A stretch of 64,000 bases of DNA from Dehalococcoidia bacterium (GTDB lineage Bacteria > Chloroflexota > Dehalococcoidia > Lucifugimonadales > UBA3495). The DNA lies in NCBI GenBank assembly GCA_963668505.2, contig CAXXWY010000022.1:86613-150612 (forward strand). The letters are read 5' to 3'. Positions 9,716-19,311 of this stretch are shown here, one piece after another; position 1 is the stretch's first letter, and each line of letters opens with the position of its first letter. The translations under genes and the position numbers were made by a program. Under the pieces are notes generated by a model that saw only the letters and a list, made by a program, of their open reading frames with translations, had not been told where the DNA came from and ran no database searches.

Positions 9716-11980
9716 CTACCGCGTCCCGGATCTGCCGCCGCCCAGGAACCGCCTGTCGCCTCCGCCATTCCGTGGGCCGCCGCCGGGGCCGCCGGGCCGC
9801 CGCGACCGGTCTCCCGGGCCGCCGCGCCTTCCGCCGCCGGAATATCCTCCGCCACGCCTGCCGTCACGGTCGTTGAAAGGCGGCCTGGAATTCATGCGTG
9901 GAGCCGGAGCCCCTTCGCCGCCGAACAAGGCGCGGCGGGACAGGTTCAACCGGCCTTGGGAGTCGATTTCCTGGATCATCACGGTGACTTCCTGGCCTAT
10001 CTTGACCTCTTCTTCCATGTCTCCCATGTCGCCGGAGCGGACCAAGCCTTCGCGCCCGGCCACGAGTTCCACGAACGCCCCGAAATTGGTCAGCCGGGTC
10101 ACCTTGCCGGTGAATATGTCGCCTACCACCAGTTCCCGGGTCAGGCTGTCAGCTTTGGACCTGGCCAGCTCCATCATCGCCGCGTCGGTGCCGCCGATGG
10201 TGACTGAACCGTCATCCTGGACGTCCACCGAGCATCCGGTCTCCTCGATGATGCCCCGGATAACCCGGCCTCCCGGTCCGATGAGCGCTCCAATCTTGTC
10301 TACCGGGATCTTGAACCGCAGCATCTTGGGTGCGTAGGGGCTCATCTCGGTCCTGGGGGTGTCTATGGCCTCGTTCATCTTTGCCAGGATGTGCAGCCGC
10401 CCCTGCCGGGCCTGCTCCAGCGCCTGGCTTAGAATTTCGGGCGTCAGTCCCTTGGTCTTGATGTCCATCTGCAGGGCGTTTACCCCATTGGCTGTGCCTG
10501 CAACCTTGAAGTCCATGTCGCCCAGAAAGTCCTCTACTCCCTGTATGTCGCTCAGGATGGCGTAACGGCCGTCCTCAGCGGTGACCAGTCCCATGGCGAT
10601 TCCGGCCACGTTTTCCTTCAGCGGCACCCCGGCGTCCAGCAGCGCCAGGGTCGTGCCGCAAACGCTGCCCATCGACGTGCTTCCGTTGGAACTCACCACC
10701 TCCGAGACCACCCGGATGGCGTAGGGGAAATCGTCTTCCGAGGGCAGCGCGGGCAGTATAGCCCGTTCCGCCAGGGCCCCGTGGCCGATTTCCCGCCGGC
10801 CGGGAGATCCCACACGCCGCGCCTCTCCGGTGGAGAACGACGGGAAGTTGTAGTGGTGCATGAACCGCTTGGTCCCGTAGGGCCCAACCGTGTCCAGCGT
10901 CTGCTTCATCGACATCGATCCCAGCGTGACTACGGACAGCACCTGGGTCTGGCCCCGGGTGAACAGGCCCGAACCGTGAGTCCGGGGCAGCACCGCTACC
11001 TCGCAGGAGATGGGGCGTATTTCCTCAAGGGCCCGACCGTCGGGGCGTATCCCCTTGTCTAGGATGCGGCCCCTGACCTCCTCTTTCAACACATTCTTGA
11101 ACCCGCCGGAGATTTGGGTCGGCGAGTAGCTCTCCGCCAGCTTCTCGGCCACCTCCGACTTCAGTTGGGCCTCCCCGGCCTCCCGGGCAATCTTGTCCGC
11201 ATTCTCTTCCAGCAGGGCGGCCAGCCGGCTGTTCAGGATGCCCTTGATTTCGCTGTCCAGGGCCTCCGCGTCATCGTCGCTGGGGGCCTCAGCCTTGGGT
11301 TTCCCGGCCTGGCCGACCAGTTCCTGTATCAGCGAAATAGTGGCCAGGTTGGCTTCGTGGGCCCGCCTGATGGCCTCCAGGATGATTTCCTCCGATACTT
11401 CATCACTGCCCGCTTCCACCATCATGATGGCCTCGGAATTGCTGGCGACTACCAGGCTAAGCTGGCTTGTCTCGGACTCTTCGTAAGTGGGATTGACGAT
11501 GTATTCCCCGTCCTTGTACGACAGCCGGCAGGCGCCGATAGGGCCGCTGAAGGGAATCTGGGATATGGACAGGGCAGCCGATGCACCCACCATGCCCAGC
11601 ACGTCGGGGGGATGCTCTTGGTCCGCCGACAGCACGGTCAGGGTTATTTGAATATCGTTGTGGAGACTCTTGGGGAACAGGGGGCGAATGGACCTGTCGG
11701 TCAGCCTTGCCGACAGGATTGCATCCTGCCCCGGGCGGCCCTCCCTGCGGAAGAAGCTTCCCGGGATCTTCCCGGCCGAATAAAGGCGCTCTTCGAAGTC
11801 CACCGTCAGGGGCAGAAAGTCTATGTCGGCCGCCCTGGGCTTTTCCGACATGACCGCCGTGGCCAGGACTATGGTGTCGCCGTAACGGACCGTTACCGCG
11901 CCGTGGGCTTGTCCGGCCAACTTGCCGGTCTCCAGGGTCAGGTTCTCTCTTCCAATGGAATGTTCAATGGTTATGGGCAT
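9716..11980 (-). CDS. pnp: Polyribonucleotide nucleotidyltransferase (PNPase) with Arg/Gly-rich C-terminal tail
   Basis: 754-aa ORF; two RNase PH domains, KH (IGPGGRVIRGI), S1 (GDIFTGKVTRLTNFGAFVEL), then ~70 aa of RGG-type low complexity. Confidence 0.95.
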   Translation of the reverse strand: MPITIEHSIGRENLTLETGKLAGQAHGAVTVRYGDTIVLATAVMSEKPRAADIDFLPLTVDFEERLYSAGKIPGSFFRREGRPGQDAILSARLTDRSIRPLFPKSLHNDIQITLTVLSADQEHPPDVLGMVGASAALSISQIPFSGPIGACRLSYKDGEYIVNPTYEESETSQLSLVVASNSEAIMMVEAGSDEVSEEIILEAIRRAHEANLATISLIQELVGQAGKPKAEAPSDDDAEALDSEIKGILNSRLAALLEENADKIAREAGEAQLKSEVAEKLAESYSPTQISGGFKNVLKEEVRGRILDKGIRPDGRALEEIRPISCEVAVLPRTHGSGLFTRGQTQVLSVVTLGSMSMKQTLDTVGPYGTKRFMHHYNFPSFSTGEARRVGSPGRREIGHGALAERAILPALPSEDDFPYAIRVVSEVVSSNGSTSMGSVCGTTLALLDAGVPLKENVAGIAMGLVTAEDGRYAILSDIQGVEDFLGDMDFKVAGTANGVNALQMDIKTKGLTPEILSQALEQARQGRLHILAKMNEAIDTPRTEMSPYAPKMLRFKIPVDKIGALIGPGGRVIRGIIEETGCSVDVQDDGSVTIGGTDAAMMELARSKADSLTRELVVGDIFTGKVTRLTNFGAFVELVAGREGLVRSGDMGDMEEEVKIGQEVTVMIQEIDSQGRLNLSRRALFGGEGAPAPRMNSRPPFNDRDGRRGGGYSGGGRRGGPGDRSRRPGGPGGGPRNGGGDRRFLGGGRSGTR

Positions 11981-12036
11981 AGCAATACCTATGTAGCCTC
12001 TCTTAAATTAGAATCTTGGTAGGGGCTAGACGTGAA

Positions 12037-12063
12037 AACAACACCCTTGGGGAGGATGTTGTT
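12037..12063 (-). terminator. Imperfect hairpin between rpsO and pnp (attenuator/terminator or pnp-leader processing hairpin)
   Basis: AACAACA...TGTTGTT stem (12037-12043 with 12057-12063) followed by TTTC on the minus strand. Confidence 0.3.
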
Positions 12064-12076
12064 ACCGGGGGCGACG

Positions 12077-12343
12077 CTATCGACGCAATCCCAGGCGGGA
12101 AATCAGTGTCTGGTAACGGCCCACGTCCTCGTTGGTGAGGTACTTGAGGAGCCTCCGCCGCCTGGACACCATATTCACCAAGCCGCGACGTGAGTGTACG
12201 TCTTTCTTGTGCTCCCGGAGATGCTGGGTTAACTGCTTGATCTTCTCGGTGAGGATGGCTATCTGCAGTTCTGTGGAGCCGGTGTCCTTGGAGTGGAGGC
12301 GGAATTCCTTGGTAATACTCGCGCGAGTTTCGCCGTCTAGCAT
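12077..12343 (-). CDS. rpsO: 30S ribosomal protein S15
   Basis: 88-aa ORF; ...[32 protein letters not shown], immediately upstream of pnp as in many bacteria. Confidence 0.95.
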   Translation of the reverse strand: MLDGETRASITKEFRLHSKDTGSTELQIAILTEKIKQLTQHLREHKKDVHSRRGLVNMVSRRRRLLKYLTNEDVGRYQTLISRLGLRR

Positions 12344-12490
12344 GTGTTGTATTAGTTTATCGATCCTCTTCTTAACATCCCGGCGATTATATCACAACGA
12401 TACCTTCACCACAACAACGCCTGCAACCCGAAGGAGAGTGCAACAGTCCCCCGCAGGCATAACAGCAGGCTGGGCGACGCCGGGGCCGCC

Positions 12491-14482
12491 CTAGCGAATG
12501 CTGGTCAGCCCCTCGCTGCCTGAAATCACGCCGCTAATGGTCTGCCCGTCGGCGGTTCCCAGCAGCATCAACGCATACCACTGCCCCGCCTTCACGTTAG
12601 CCCCTGCGCTCTGTCCAACCGGTATCCGGGCCGTCAGGTTCGCGCGGTTCTCTCCAAACCCGGCGGCCTCCTTAAGCCTCAAGTAAGCCTCTCCCTTCGG
12701 CGTGGTGTTGGCCACGGTCATGAATCCCGACTGATCCGCCCGGAAGTAGTATATTCGCCGGGCGGTGGCGTAGCCGATGGTGCATTCCGCCAACGCCGTG
12801 TCCGACATCGTCCACGGCAAGGTCTTAAGGCCGGAACCTAACTTGCATTCGACGACAGGAGTAGGGGTGGGCGTGGGCGTGGGCGCCGGGCTGCCCTGGC
12901 GGATGCGCAGCATCAGCTTGTCTCCGGCCTTCCAAGGCTGGGTCGCTACGCTCCAGGTCAAAGTACTGCCAGAAACCGCGGCCGCTCCCCCGTCCAGGGA
13001 GTGGGCCACCGTCCCGTCCAGGGCGATGAAGTCCAGCGCGTGGCCCGACAGGGACACAGCGGCGCTGAGGCTCAAAGTCGTCGAGCCGCCCTGCCACTTC
13101 AGGGACTGGAGCGACGCTCCCACTTGACCAACAGTAAATGCCTTGGGTTCCAGCACGCCGTTGGATGCGTCGGCGCCCACGGCGGAGCCGATGGCCACCG
13201 GGTCGAAGAACGCCTCGTGCACCGTGCTGGTGGGTGCGGTGACCGTCACCGTCCAGTCAAGGTAAGCATCGTCCGGCTTGAAGTTGCACGGCATGTAGTC
13301 GTGGTGCTGGAGGAAATAGTGGACGCGGTACTCTCCGGCGGGCAAAGGCCGCGCGGTGGAGAGCATATAAGTGTACCCGTTCGTTGGGGATGAATCATCA
13401 TCGACGTTCAGGGTTTGGAACAGACTCCCATCTGGGCCGCCGAGCCAGTTATTATTGTACTTCGGTTCGCGATAGGTGTTCTCGTAGCTGTAGACCTCAG
13501 CACCCGCCGCTGCACTTGAAGAGAGGGTCTTTCTTTCCTGGAGGCCCCCCCCCGGCTGTGCGCGGTAGACCCTCTCGTGCATGATCCTGTCTCTAACGCA
13601 CTCCTTGAACCCCGCAATGTCCGCACCCCCGGAAAGCTCGGCCTTCAGCGACGCTATCTTGGCCTTCAGGTCTGCCAGGGCGATCGTCGGGGGCGGCGCC
13701 TTTGCCCCGTCTGTAATGAACTCGGGGGCGGAAGACTGGCCGGTTGCGCCGTCGACAGCCAGGGCCGGCAGCCAGGCCCGGCTCAGGTGGTCCACCGTAT
13801 AGTCCCAGGCCGACTCCAGCGGGTTGTCATTTGCGAACTCAGCAGTCCTGGCGGAGGAGCTCCCGTCCGCGCCCGAAGCCCCGGACGACGCCGGGCCCAA
13901 CTCGACGAAAAGCACGGCCTGCTGATTGTCCCAGGATTTGTTGCGCTGTTCGCGTTCATAGTCCGCCTTTCTGCGCGCCAACGACGCCGTCCGAAAAGTT
14001 CGGTCGCCCTTTACCACCACCACAATCTCGTTTGGTCCGCTGCCTTCCAGGTATTCGTGGACATTGAATCTCAGTTCCTGTACAGGCCGATAGGTGGTCG
14101 GTGTCCCCGATACGGTCTCCGAACTCGTCGATATGGACTGTAGCGATGCCCGCACGACGACCATCGAAGTCGAGTCCAATGCGTCGTATATCTGCTCCTC
14201 CAACGAGGGAGCAACCAACCACCTGGGATTATCCAGGCCAGCGTGTATCTCCGAATCTGAACTGAACTGCCCGGACTCCGAGTTGGGTTGCACCGCCCTT
14301 ATCTCTGTAGGTTGACGGCCGGGATGCACCGCCGTTATCTCAGTGGGCTTTGGATCAGGCTGCGACTCCGTCTCCGGTGTTGGCCGGTCTCCGTCGCAGC
14401 CCGCGAGGAAGACGGCGGCGAGGACCAGGCACAACACCAGAAGGACGGGTGTCCGTCCTAGCACGACGCTAATTGCTGTCAT
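12491..14482 (-). CDS. Secreted lipoprotein of unknown function with short PT linker
   Basis: 663-aa ORF; signal peptide with lipobox (VFLAGCDG); PAPTPTPTPTP linker; no catalytic motif recognised. Confidence 0.6.
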   Translation of the reverse strand: MTAISVVLGRTPVLLVLCLVLAAVFLAGCDGDRPTPETESQPDPKPTEITAVHPGRQPTEIRAVQPNSESGQFSSDSEIHAGLDNPRWLVAPSLEEQIYDALDSTSMVVVRASLQSISTSSETVSGTPTTYRPVQELRFNVHEYLEGSGPNEIVVVVKGDRTFRTASLARRKADYEREQRNKSWDNQQAVLFVELGPASSGASGADGSSSARTAEFANDNPLESAWDYTVDHLSRAWLPALAVDGATGQSSAPEFITDGAKAPPPTIALADLKAKIASLKAELSGGADIAGFKECVRDRIMHERVYRAQPGGGLQERKTLSSSAAAGAEVYSYENTYREPKYNNNWLGGPDGSLFQTLNVDDDSSPTNGYTYMLSTARPLPAGEYRVHYFLQHHDYMPCNFKPDDAYLDWTVTVTAPTSTVHEAFFDPVAIGSAVGADASNGVLEPKAFTVGQVGASLQSLKWQGGSTTLSLSAAVSLSGHALDFIALDGTVAHSLDGGAAAVSGSTLTWSVATQPWKAGDKLMLRIRQGSPAPTPTPTPTPVVECKLGSGLKTLPWTMSDTALAECTIGYATARRIYYFRADQSGFMTVANTTPKGEAYLRLKEAAGFGENRANLTARIPVGQSAGANVKAGQWYALMLLGTADGQTISGVISGSEGLTSIR

Positions 14483-14493
14483 TTCCTTCCTCG

Positions 14494-16401
14494 CTAGTGG
14501 GCCGTATGGCCTCTGTAGATTTCCTTGAGCGCATTCTTGTCGTTAGTGCTGAGGCCGCAGAATGCGGAGACAGATTGGGGGGGAGTGCCACATTCCTGTA
14601 CGCCGCCGCTCATCACATCGCCTCTGGGACTGTGCCCAAGGCCAAGCGCGTGCCCGAACTCGTGCATTAACGTTTTGGGCAGGTACGCGTACTTGTTCGT
14701 ATCGCGGTGCCACTCTCTGAAGTCATTAGTCCATATCCTCGCATCGTCATCGCCTCCCCAATGGGGCGGGTCCTCGATGTACATCACACGGCCCGACGCT
14801 AGATGGGGATAGGTGTTTCCCTCTTGGATGCAAGCAACAGATTCGCCGCAGTGATGCCCTGTCCCTTTTCCGACCTGCGTATCCCAGAAGCCTTGGATTA
14901 TCACGTCGGCTCCATCCCTCGTGTTTGTTCTACTGATGGTTGCGCCACTTCCAACGTTGTTCCAAGGTAGAGTCGGTGCCGAGTAGGTCAGCGGATCCAA
15001 CAGAATGGCGTTGGGAGCGGGATCAGGCGTACCCTGCCCAAGTGAGTCGAACAAACCCTCAAGTGTTCCTGTCGAAACTCCCCGAATGCTCACTTCGATT
15101 TTACCCTGCTTGTTGGTAAGGGTTGTACCCCGGATGTAGTAGGTGACGTTGTTGTCGGCATAGTGCTCTGCCCTGTCCACCGTTACGTTGCGGATAGAGA
15201 ACGAGGAACCATCGCCGGTCTCAGACTGCTTCTTGATCTTGATGTCGATGTTGAAAGCGTTGTCCGAACCCTGCCCGCACCGGACCAAATCGAATTCCTG
15301 GATGTCCAGAGGAATCCAATCCGTCGATACCACCTTTGCTGACGAGTCGCAAACATCGCCCATCCTTATCCCGGTGGTGGACGGGATGACAATCTTAACC
15401 TCCCAGTTATCCGCACGGGCAATCGAGTCGGTGATAAACGCCTCTTTCCGCCATGGGATTCCCCACCTAACCCTATTCAGGTCTTTTACACGGGCTGTGT
15501 CGCTTGGGCCCTTGACCATCACCGATAAGTCGAAGATGGTTACTTTCATGTCCAAGCTGGCAGTAGCCCCGTTGGAGTCGGTGGCTTTGTATGTGTATTT
15601 CGCTTCACTCGCGGCTGCTTTGGGCTCGCCTGAGAGCCTGCGGGTCGTTGGGTTGAAATTAAGTCCATCGGGCAGAGACGGGTCGAAGCTGTACGTCAAC
15701 GAGCCGCTTCCGCCATTGGCCGCCGGCAGAGTCAACGCCGTAATTGCATCATCCTTGTGGTATCTCTGCGGCTTGATTTTCGCCGTCCCAAAGGTGGGGC
15801 TGTTGTCCGGAGGCGTAGGCGTGGCCGTGGGCCGCATTGTGGGCGTGGGCGTGGGCGTAGGCGTGGGCGTAGGCGTGGGCGTGGGCGTGGGCGTAGGCGT
15901 GGGCGTAGGAGTAGGAGTAGGTGTGGGTGTGGGCGTAGGCGTGGGCGTCGGAGTAGGCGTGGGTGTCGGAGTAGGCGTGGGCGTGGGCGTCGGAGTAGGT
16001 GTGGCCGTGGGTGTGGGTGTCGCCGTGGGTGTGGGTGTCGCCGTGGGTGTGGGTGTCGGAGGTATCTGCGTTATCCACCTATACTGGACTCTGCCGCACT
16101 TGGATGTCCGCTTTTGTTGTTTTGAGAGTTCCCAAGGAGGCGCGCCGGGCGGCCCTTTAATAACTCCCGTGTCAACCCACGAACCCCAAGGCTCCAACTT
16201 CGGTACTGCTATCCACCGGTATTGTGTGCCCCCCGCCCAAGGAGGGTTGTACCGGACCTGCTCCTTTTGGTAGCTAGTGCCCACACAGCGGTCTTTCCCA
16301 GTGTATTGCCACGGTGCATCGGCCGGAACGCCCTCATCCTCGGAAGTGTTGGGCGGGGTCGTCTGCGCCAATACAGCGGGCAAGAGCAGCAGCGTCAGCA
16401 A
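14494..16401 (-). CDS. Secreted multidomain protein: long (PT)n linker, cadherin/Ig-like segment, C-terminal zinc metalloprotease (HExxHxxGxxH)
   Basis: 635-aa ORF; ~100 aa of PT repeats; LTYSFDPSLPDGLNFNPTTRRLSGEP (dystroglycan-type Ig-like); HEFGHALGLGHS near the C-terminus. Start uncertain: track start is TTG 16401; in-frame CTG at 16470 lies 6 nt after AGGAGG (16477-16482). Confidence 0.7.
   Translation of the reverse strand: MLTLLLLPAVLAQTTPPNTSEDEGVPADAPWQYTGKDRCVGTSYQKEQVRYNPPWAGGTQYRWIAVPKLEPWGSWVDTGVIKGPPGAPPWELSKQQKRTSKCGRVQYRWITQIPPTPTPTATPTPTATPTPTATPTPTPTPTPTPTPTPTPTPTPTPTPTPTPTPTPTPTPTPTPTPTPTPTPTPTPTMRPTATPTPPDNSPTFGTAKIKPQRYHKDDAITALTLPAANGGSGSLTYSFDPSLPDGLNFNPTTRRLSGEPKAAASEAKYTYKATDSNGATASLDMKVTIFDLSVMVKGPSDTARVKDLNRVRWGIPWRKEAFITDSIARADNWEVKIVIPSTTGIRMGDVCDSSAKVVSTDWIPLDIQEFDLVRCGQGSDNAFNIDIKIKKQSETGDGSSFSIRNVTVDRAEHYADNNVTYYIRGTTLTNKQGKIEVSIRGVSTGTLEGLFDSLGQGTPDPAPNAILLDPLTYSAPTLPWNNVGSGATISRTNTRDGADVIIQGFWDTQVGKGTGHHCGESVACIQEGNTYPHLASGRVMYIEDPPHWGGDDDARIWTNDFREWHRDTNKYAYLPKTLMHEFGHALGLGHSPRGDVMSGGVQECGTPPQSVSAFCGLSTNDKNALKEIYRGHTAH
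15810..16062. repeat. 6-bp-period tandem repeat encoding (PT)n / TATPTP linker
   Basis: ggcgtgggcgtaggcgtgggc... run read directly; lies inside CDS 14494..16401. Confidence 0.9.
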
Positions 16402-16647
16402 GGCCGCCCCCAGGATGGCAGCGAACGTTATCCGGCGCCTGATAGCCCCTGATTCAAAAGATTTCTCCAGGATTCTCCTCCTGTCGTCATCTTATAATCA
16501 GTTATTAGTCCGTTATCGTTATTTGCCAGCGTAGCAGATTCATAATGGCTTATCAAGTAATCGATGCGTCATCGGAAATCGCACACAGAACGCCGCCAAT
16601 CTCCACCGCCGCCCGGGATTGCGATTCAGCCCGTGTTGCAGCGAAGC

Positions 16648-17610
16648 CTACTTGAGCAGGCCCTCGAAATAGGCGTCCACCCGCCCGGCGTATTCGTCCG
16701 GATAGGTGTTGAAGGACTCGATGTGCCCAGGGGCATCGGTTCTCCAGAATTCTGTGCGGCTGTGACCGCTGGCCTCCGCCACCCTCTCACCGTGGTCTAC
16801 GCTCACTCGTTCGTCGCGCGCCCCGTGAATAATCAAGACCGGGTAGTCCAGTTGGGTGACCGCTTTTACCGGCGTCAACGCTCCGATGTCTATACCGTAG
16901 ATTGCCCTGGCCATGAATATCGTCGTTGGCATAAATGCCGGCATCGCCCATTCGGGAAGGACGGTCCTCCGGGCCGCCTCCTGCGCAACCAGCTCAGAGG
17001 CCGCCGCGTATGGACTGTCCGCCGCCACCGCCCGGATTCCCGGCTCTTCCACAGCCGCCAGAATCGCCGTTGACCCGCCCATGGAAAATCCCATTAATCC
17101 AATCTCGCCGGCCTCAGCCCCCCGCTGGTCCACCAGGTAGTCGTAGGCTCCCAGCACGTCCCAACGCTCGTAGTATCCGCCTGAAACCCGTCCGCCTTCC
17201 GACGAGCCATGCCCCCGCAAATCGAACATCAATATGCTATATCCCCGGTCTGCCAGCCGGTCTGCCAGTTCCACTGCTTCATTCCCGGAACGGACGTTGC
17301 CCAGGCCGTGGACGAATATCAGGTGCGGCGCATCCCCGCCGTTTTGCCCCTCCCCCTGGATGTACCACCCGCTCAATCTTAGGTCTCCGTCCCGCGGGTG
17401 GAACTCCACGTCGTCCGCCTGCAACCCGTAGTTGCTGGGATGGTCTTCCTGGGGGTTCCGCTCCGCGGTGGTCACGCCTCGGGCCATGTAAAAGGAGATG
17501 AGGCCGTAGAGAACGACCAGCGCCGCCAGAATCACTATGAGGGCGATTCTCAGCCGGGGCCGTCTCCACAGGGAGCGTATGTTGGCTATCAGGCCCAGAT
17601 ACTTTGCCAT
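16648..17610 (-). CDS. Membrane-anchored alpha/beta hydrolase
   Basis: 320-aa ORF; N-terminal TM helix, HGLGN oxyanion region, GFSMGG nucleophile elbow, IIHGARDE. Confidence 0.8.
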   Translation of the reverse strand: MAKYLGLIANIRSLWRRPRLRIALIVILAALVVLYGLISFYMARGVTTAERNPQEDHPSNYGLQADDVEFHPRDGDLRLSGWYIQGEGQNGGDAPHLIFVHGLGNVRSGNEAVELADRLADRGYSILMFDLRGHGSSEGGRVSGGYYERWDVLGAYDYLVDQRGAEAGEIGLMGFSMGGSTAILAAVEEPGIRAVAADSPYAAASELVAQEAARRTVLPEWAMPAFMPTTIFMARAIYGIDIGALTPVKAVTQLDYPVLIIHGARDERVSVDHGERVAEASGHSRTEFWRTDAPGHIESFNTYPDEYAGRVDAYFEGLLK

Positions 17611-17706
17611 AGGCTGCCATTATGGTAGAGTACGCCCGTCGCGACAACACTTGGCGCAACGGTCGCCGCCGCGACTCCGTCCCAGTGAGCTAGGAGGACA
17701 AGGGAG

Positions 17707-18276
17707 ATGACCAGCCCGCTCGAACAGGCCGGCCCGTCCAGCGTCACCGGCCAGACTTTGCTCGAAGCCCGGTTCGACACCAACATCATACCCTACGGCA
17801 GGTGGTGGGTGTCGCTTTTGCTGGTGATTACCGTGGCCGGGATTCCGCTTATTCCCTTCTGGTGGCTGTTCAGTCTCTGGTACGGCCCGGAGTATTACCG
17901 GCGCGCCTCGGCCAGGCTGACCACCAACGCCCTGGAAATCAGGAAGGGCGTATTTGCCCGCTCCGAGGCGACTATTCCCCTCAATCGCATCACCGACCTG
18001 CGCCTGCACGACGGGCCGTTGATGCGCCGCTACGGGCTGCGCGGGTTGAAGGTGGAGACCGCAGGACAGTCCGGCGGGACCACGGCCGGCGACAGCGACC
18101 TCTTGGGCGTTATTGACGCCGTCGAGTTCCGCGATGCAGTGCTCCGGCAGAGGCAGAAGCTGCTGGACTCCGATGCTACGGGAGCGGCCTCCCCCGCCAC
18201 CGGCGGCGTCGCCGATATCCTGACCGAAATCCGCGACATCCTGGCCCGCATAGAAGCCGGGCAGAAGAACGGTTAA
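17707..18276 (+). CDS. Bacterial PH-domain (bPH_2/YdbS-like) membrane protein
   Basis: 189-aa ORF; two TM helices then IPLNRITDLRLHDGPLMRRYGLRGLKVETAG pattern. Confidence 0.65.
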   Translation: MTSPLEQAGPSSVTGQTLLEARFDTNIIPYGRWWVSLLLVITVAGIPLIPFWWLFSLWYGPEYYRRASARLTTNALEIRKGVFARSEATIPLNRITDLRLHDGPLMRRYGLRGLKVETAGQSGGTTAGDSDLLGVIDAVEFRDAVLRQRQKLLDSDATGAASPATGGVADILTEIRDILARIEAGQKNG

Positions 18277-18552
18277 CCGTCACCCCCGTGGGGTCCAGCC
18301 CCCTGGCCTACCAAGGGCCCACGCTCAAGCAACCGGCCGGCCGCTCATCGTACGCAGCACCGCTGCCTGCTCTTGGCATTCGGCTCCCTTGCCGCAACCA
18401 ATACCCCCTTTGTGTTGCCCTCAACCTGTGCGTTCCGAAACGTGATTTGGCAAGAGTGCAGGTGGTAGGATAATTCGAGGCTGGCGGCCTGCTTGCCGGC
18501 CGAGAGGCCGTCAGGCATCGGCGTAGCGAACCAATCTGGAGTCCCCAACAGG

Positions 18553-19134
18553 ATGCGAAAACACACGCGAGTCAGGATTATCCGTCGCCTTATTTTCTTT
18601 GCTCTGTACCTGCACCGCCACTACGCGCCGCAGACCCGGCTCCTGGACCCCCAGTTCCACCGTTCTCGCAAGAATTACCTGATACAGGTCGCCCTGGCCA
18701 CCGGCGCCTTGTTTGCCATCCTTTTGCTGGTCGACTCCCTCTCCGACGCGGCCCTGGCTGTTGGCCTGGGCTCCAGCGCCATCATCATATTCCTGAGCCC
18801 TTCTTATCGGTCTGCGTCGCCCCGGGCCCTGGTCGGCGGCCATTTCCTGGGGGTGCTGATCGGCCTGGGATGCACACTACTGTTGTTTTCAAGCCCCCTC
18901 GAAGAATTCTTCACCGACTCCACCCTGCGGGCCGCGATCATGGCTGCTTCCCTGGGACTCCTCATGCTGATCATGTCCACCTCCGACACCGAACACCCGC
19001 CGGCGGCCGGGACCGTGCTGGGGATAGCCACCAAGCCCTGGGACCCCCTCACCCTGGCGATCATCATCGGAGCGGTCCTGTTGTTGGCCCTCATCAAGTT
19101 CCTCCTCCACCGGTACCTCCACGATCTCATCTAG
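18553..19134 (+). CDS. HPP-family membrane protein
   Basis: Track ORF from TTG 18493; I prefer ATG 18553; multi-TM with conserved HPPAAGT motif. Confidence 0.7.
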   Translation: MRKHTRVRIIRRLIFFALYLHRHYAPQTRLLDPQFHRSRKNYLIQVALATGALFAILLLVDSLSDAALAVGLGSSAIIIFLSPSYRSASPRALVGGHFLGVLIGLGCTLLLFSSPLEEFFTDSTLRAAIMAASLGLLMLIMSTSDTEHPPAAGTVLGIATKPWDPLTLAIIIGAVLLLALIKFLLHRYLHDLI

Positions 19135-19311
19135 TCCCCGTCTCCTTTGACCAAGGCGCATGCCCATCCTTGCCAGCAGGAATTGGGGTGGGTAAGATGT
19201 TGGATGGTCGGCTAAGTCCGGGGAGCGCTCCGGCCGGTTGACCACCGATTACGGGTTCCTGATATTGGAGCTGCATACACCCTGACGGAGCGTCGTTCCA
19301 AGGAGACGGGC

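Noticed and set aside
9696-12022. Plus-strand ORFs 9696..10337 and 11114..12022
   Set aside because: They are antisense to pnp. Their Pro/Arg-rich low-complexity translations have no independent support.
15810-16062. Possible CRISPR-like or minisatellite array
   Set aside because: The period is 6 bp, it is in frame and it encodes a (PT)n linker inside a CDS. There is no repeat-spacer structure.
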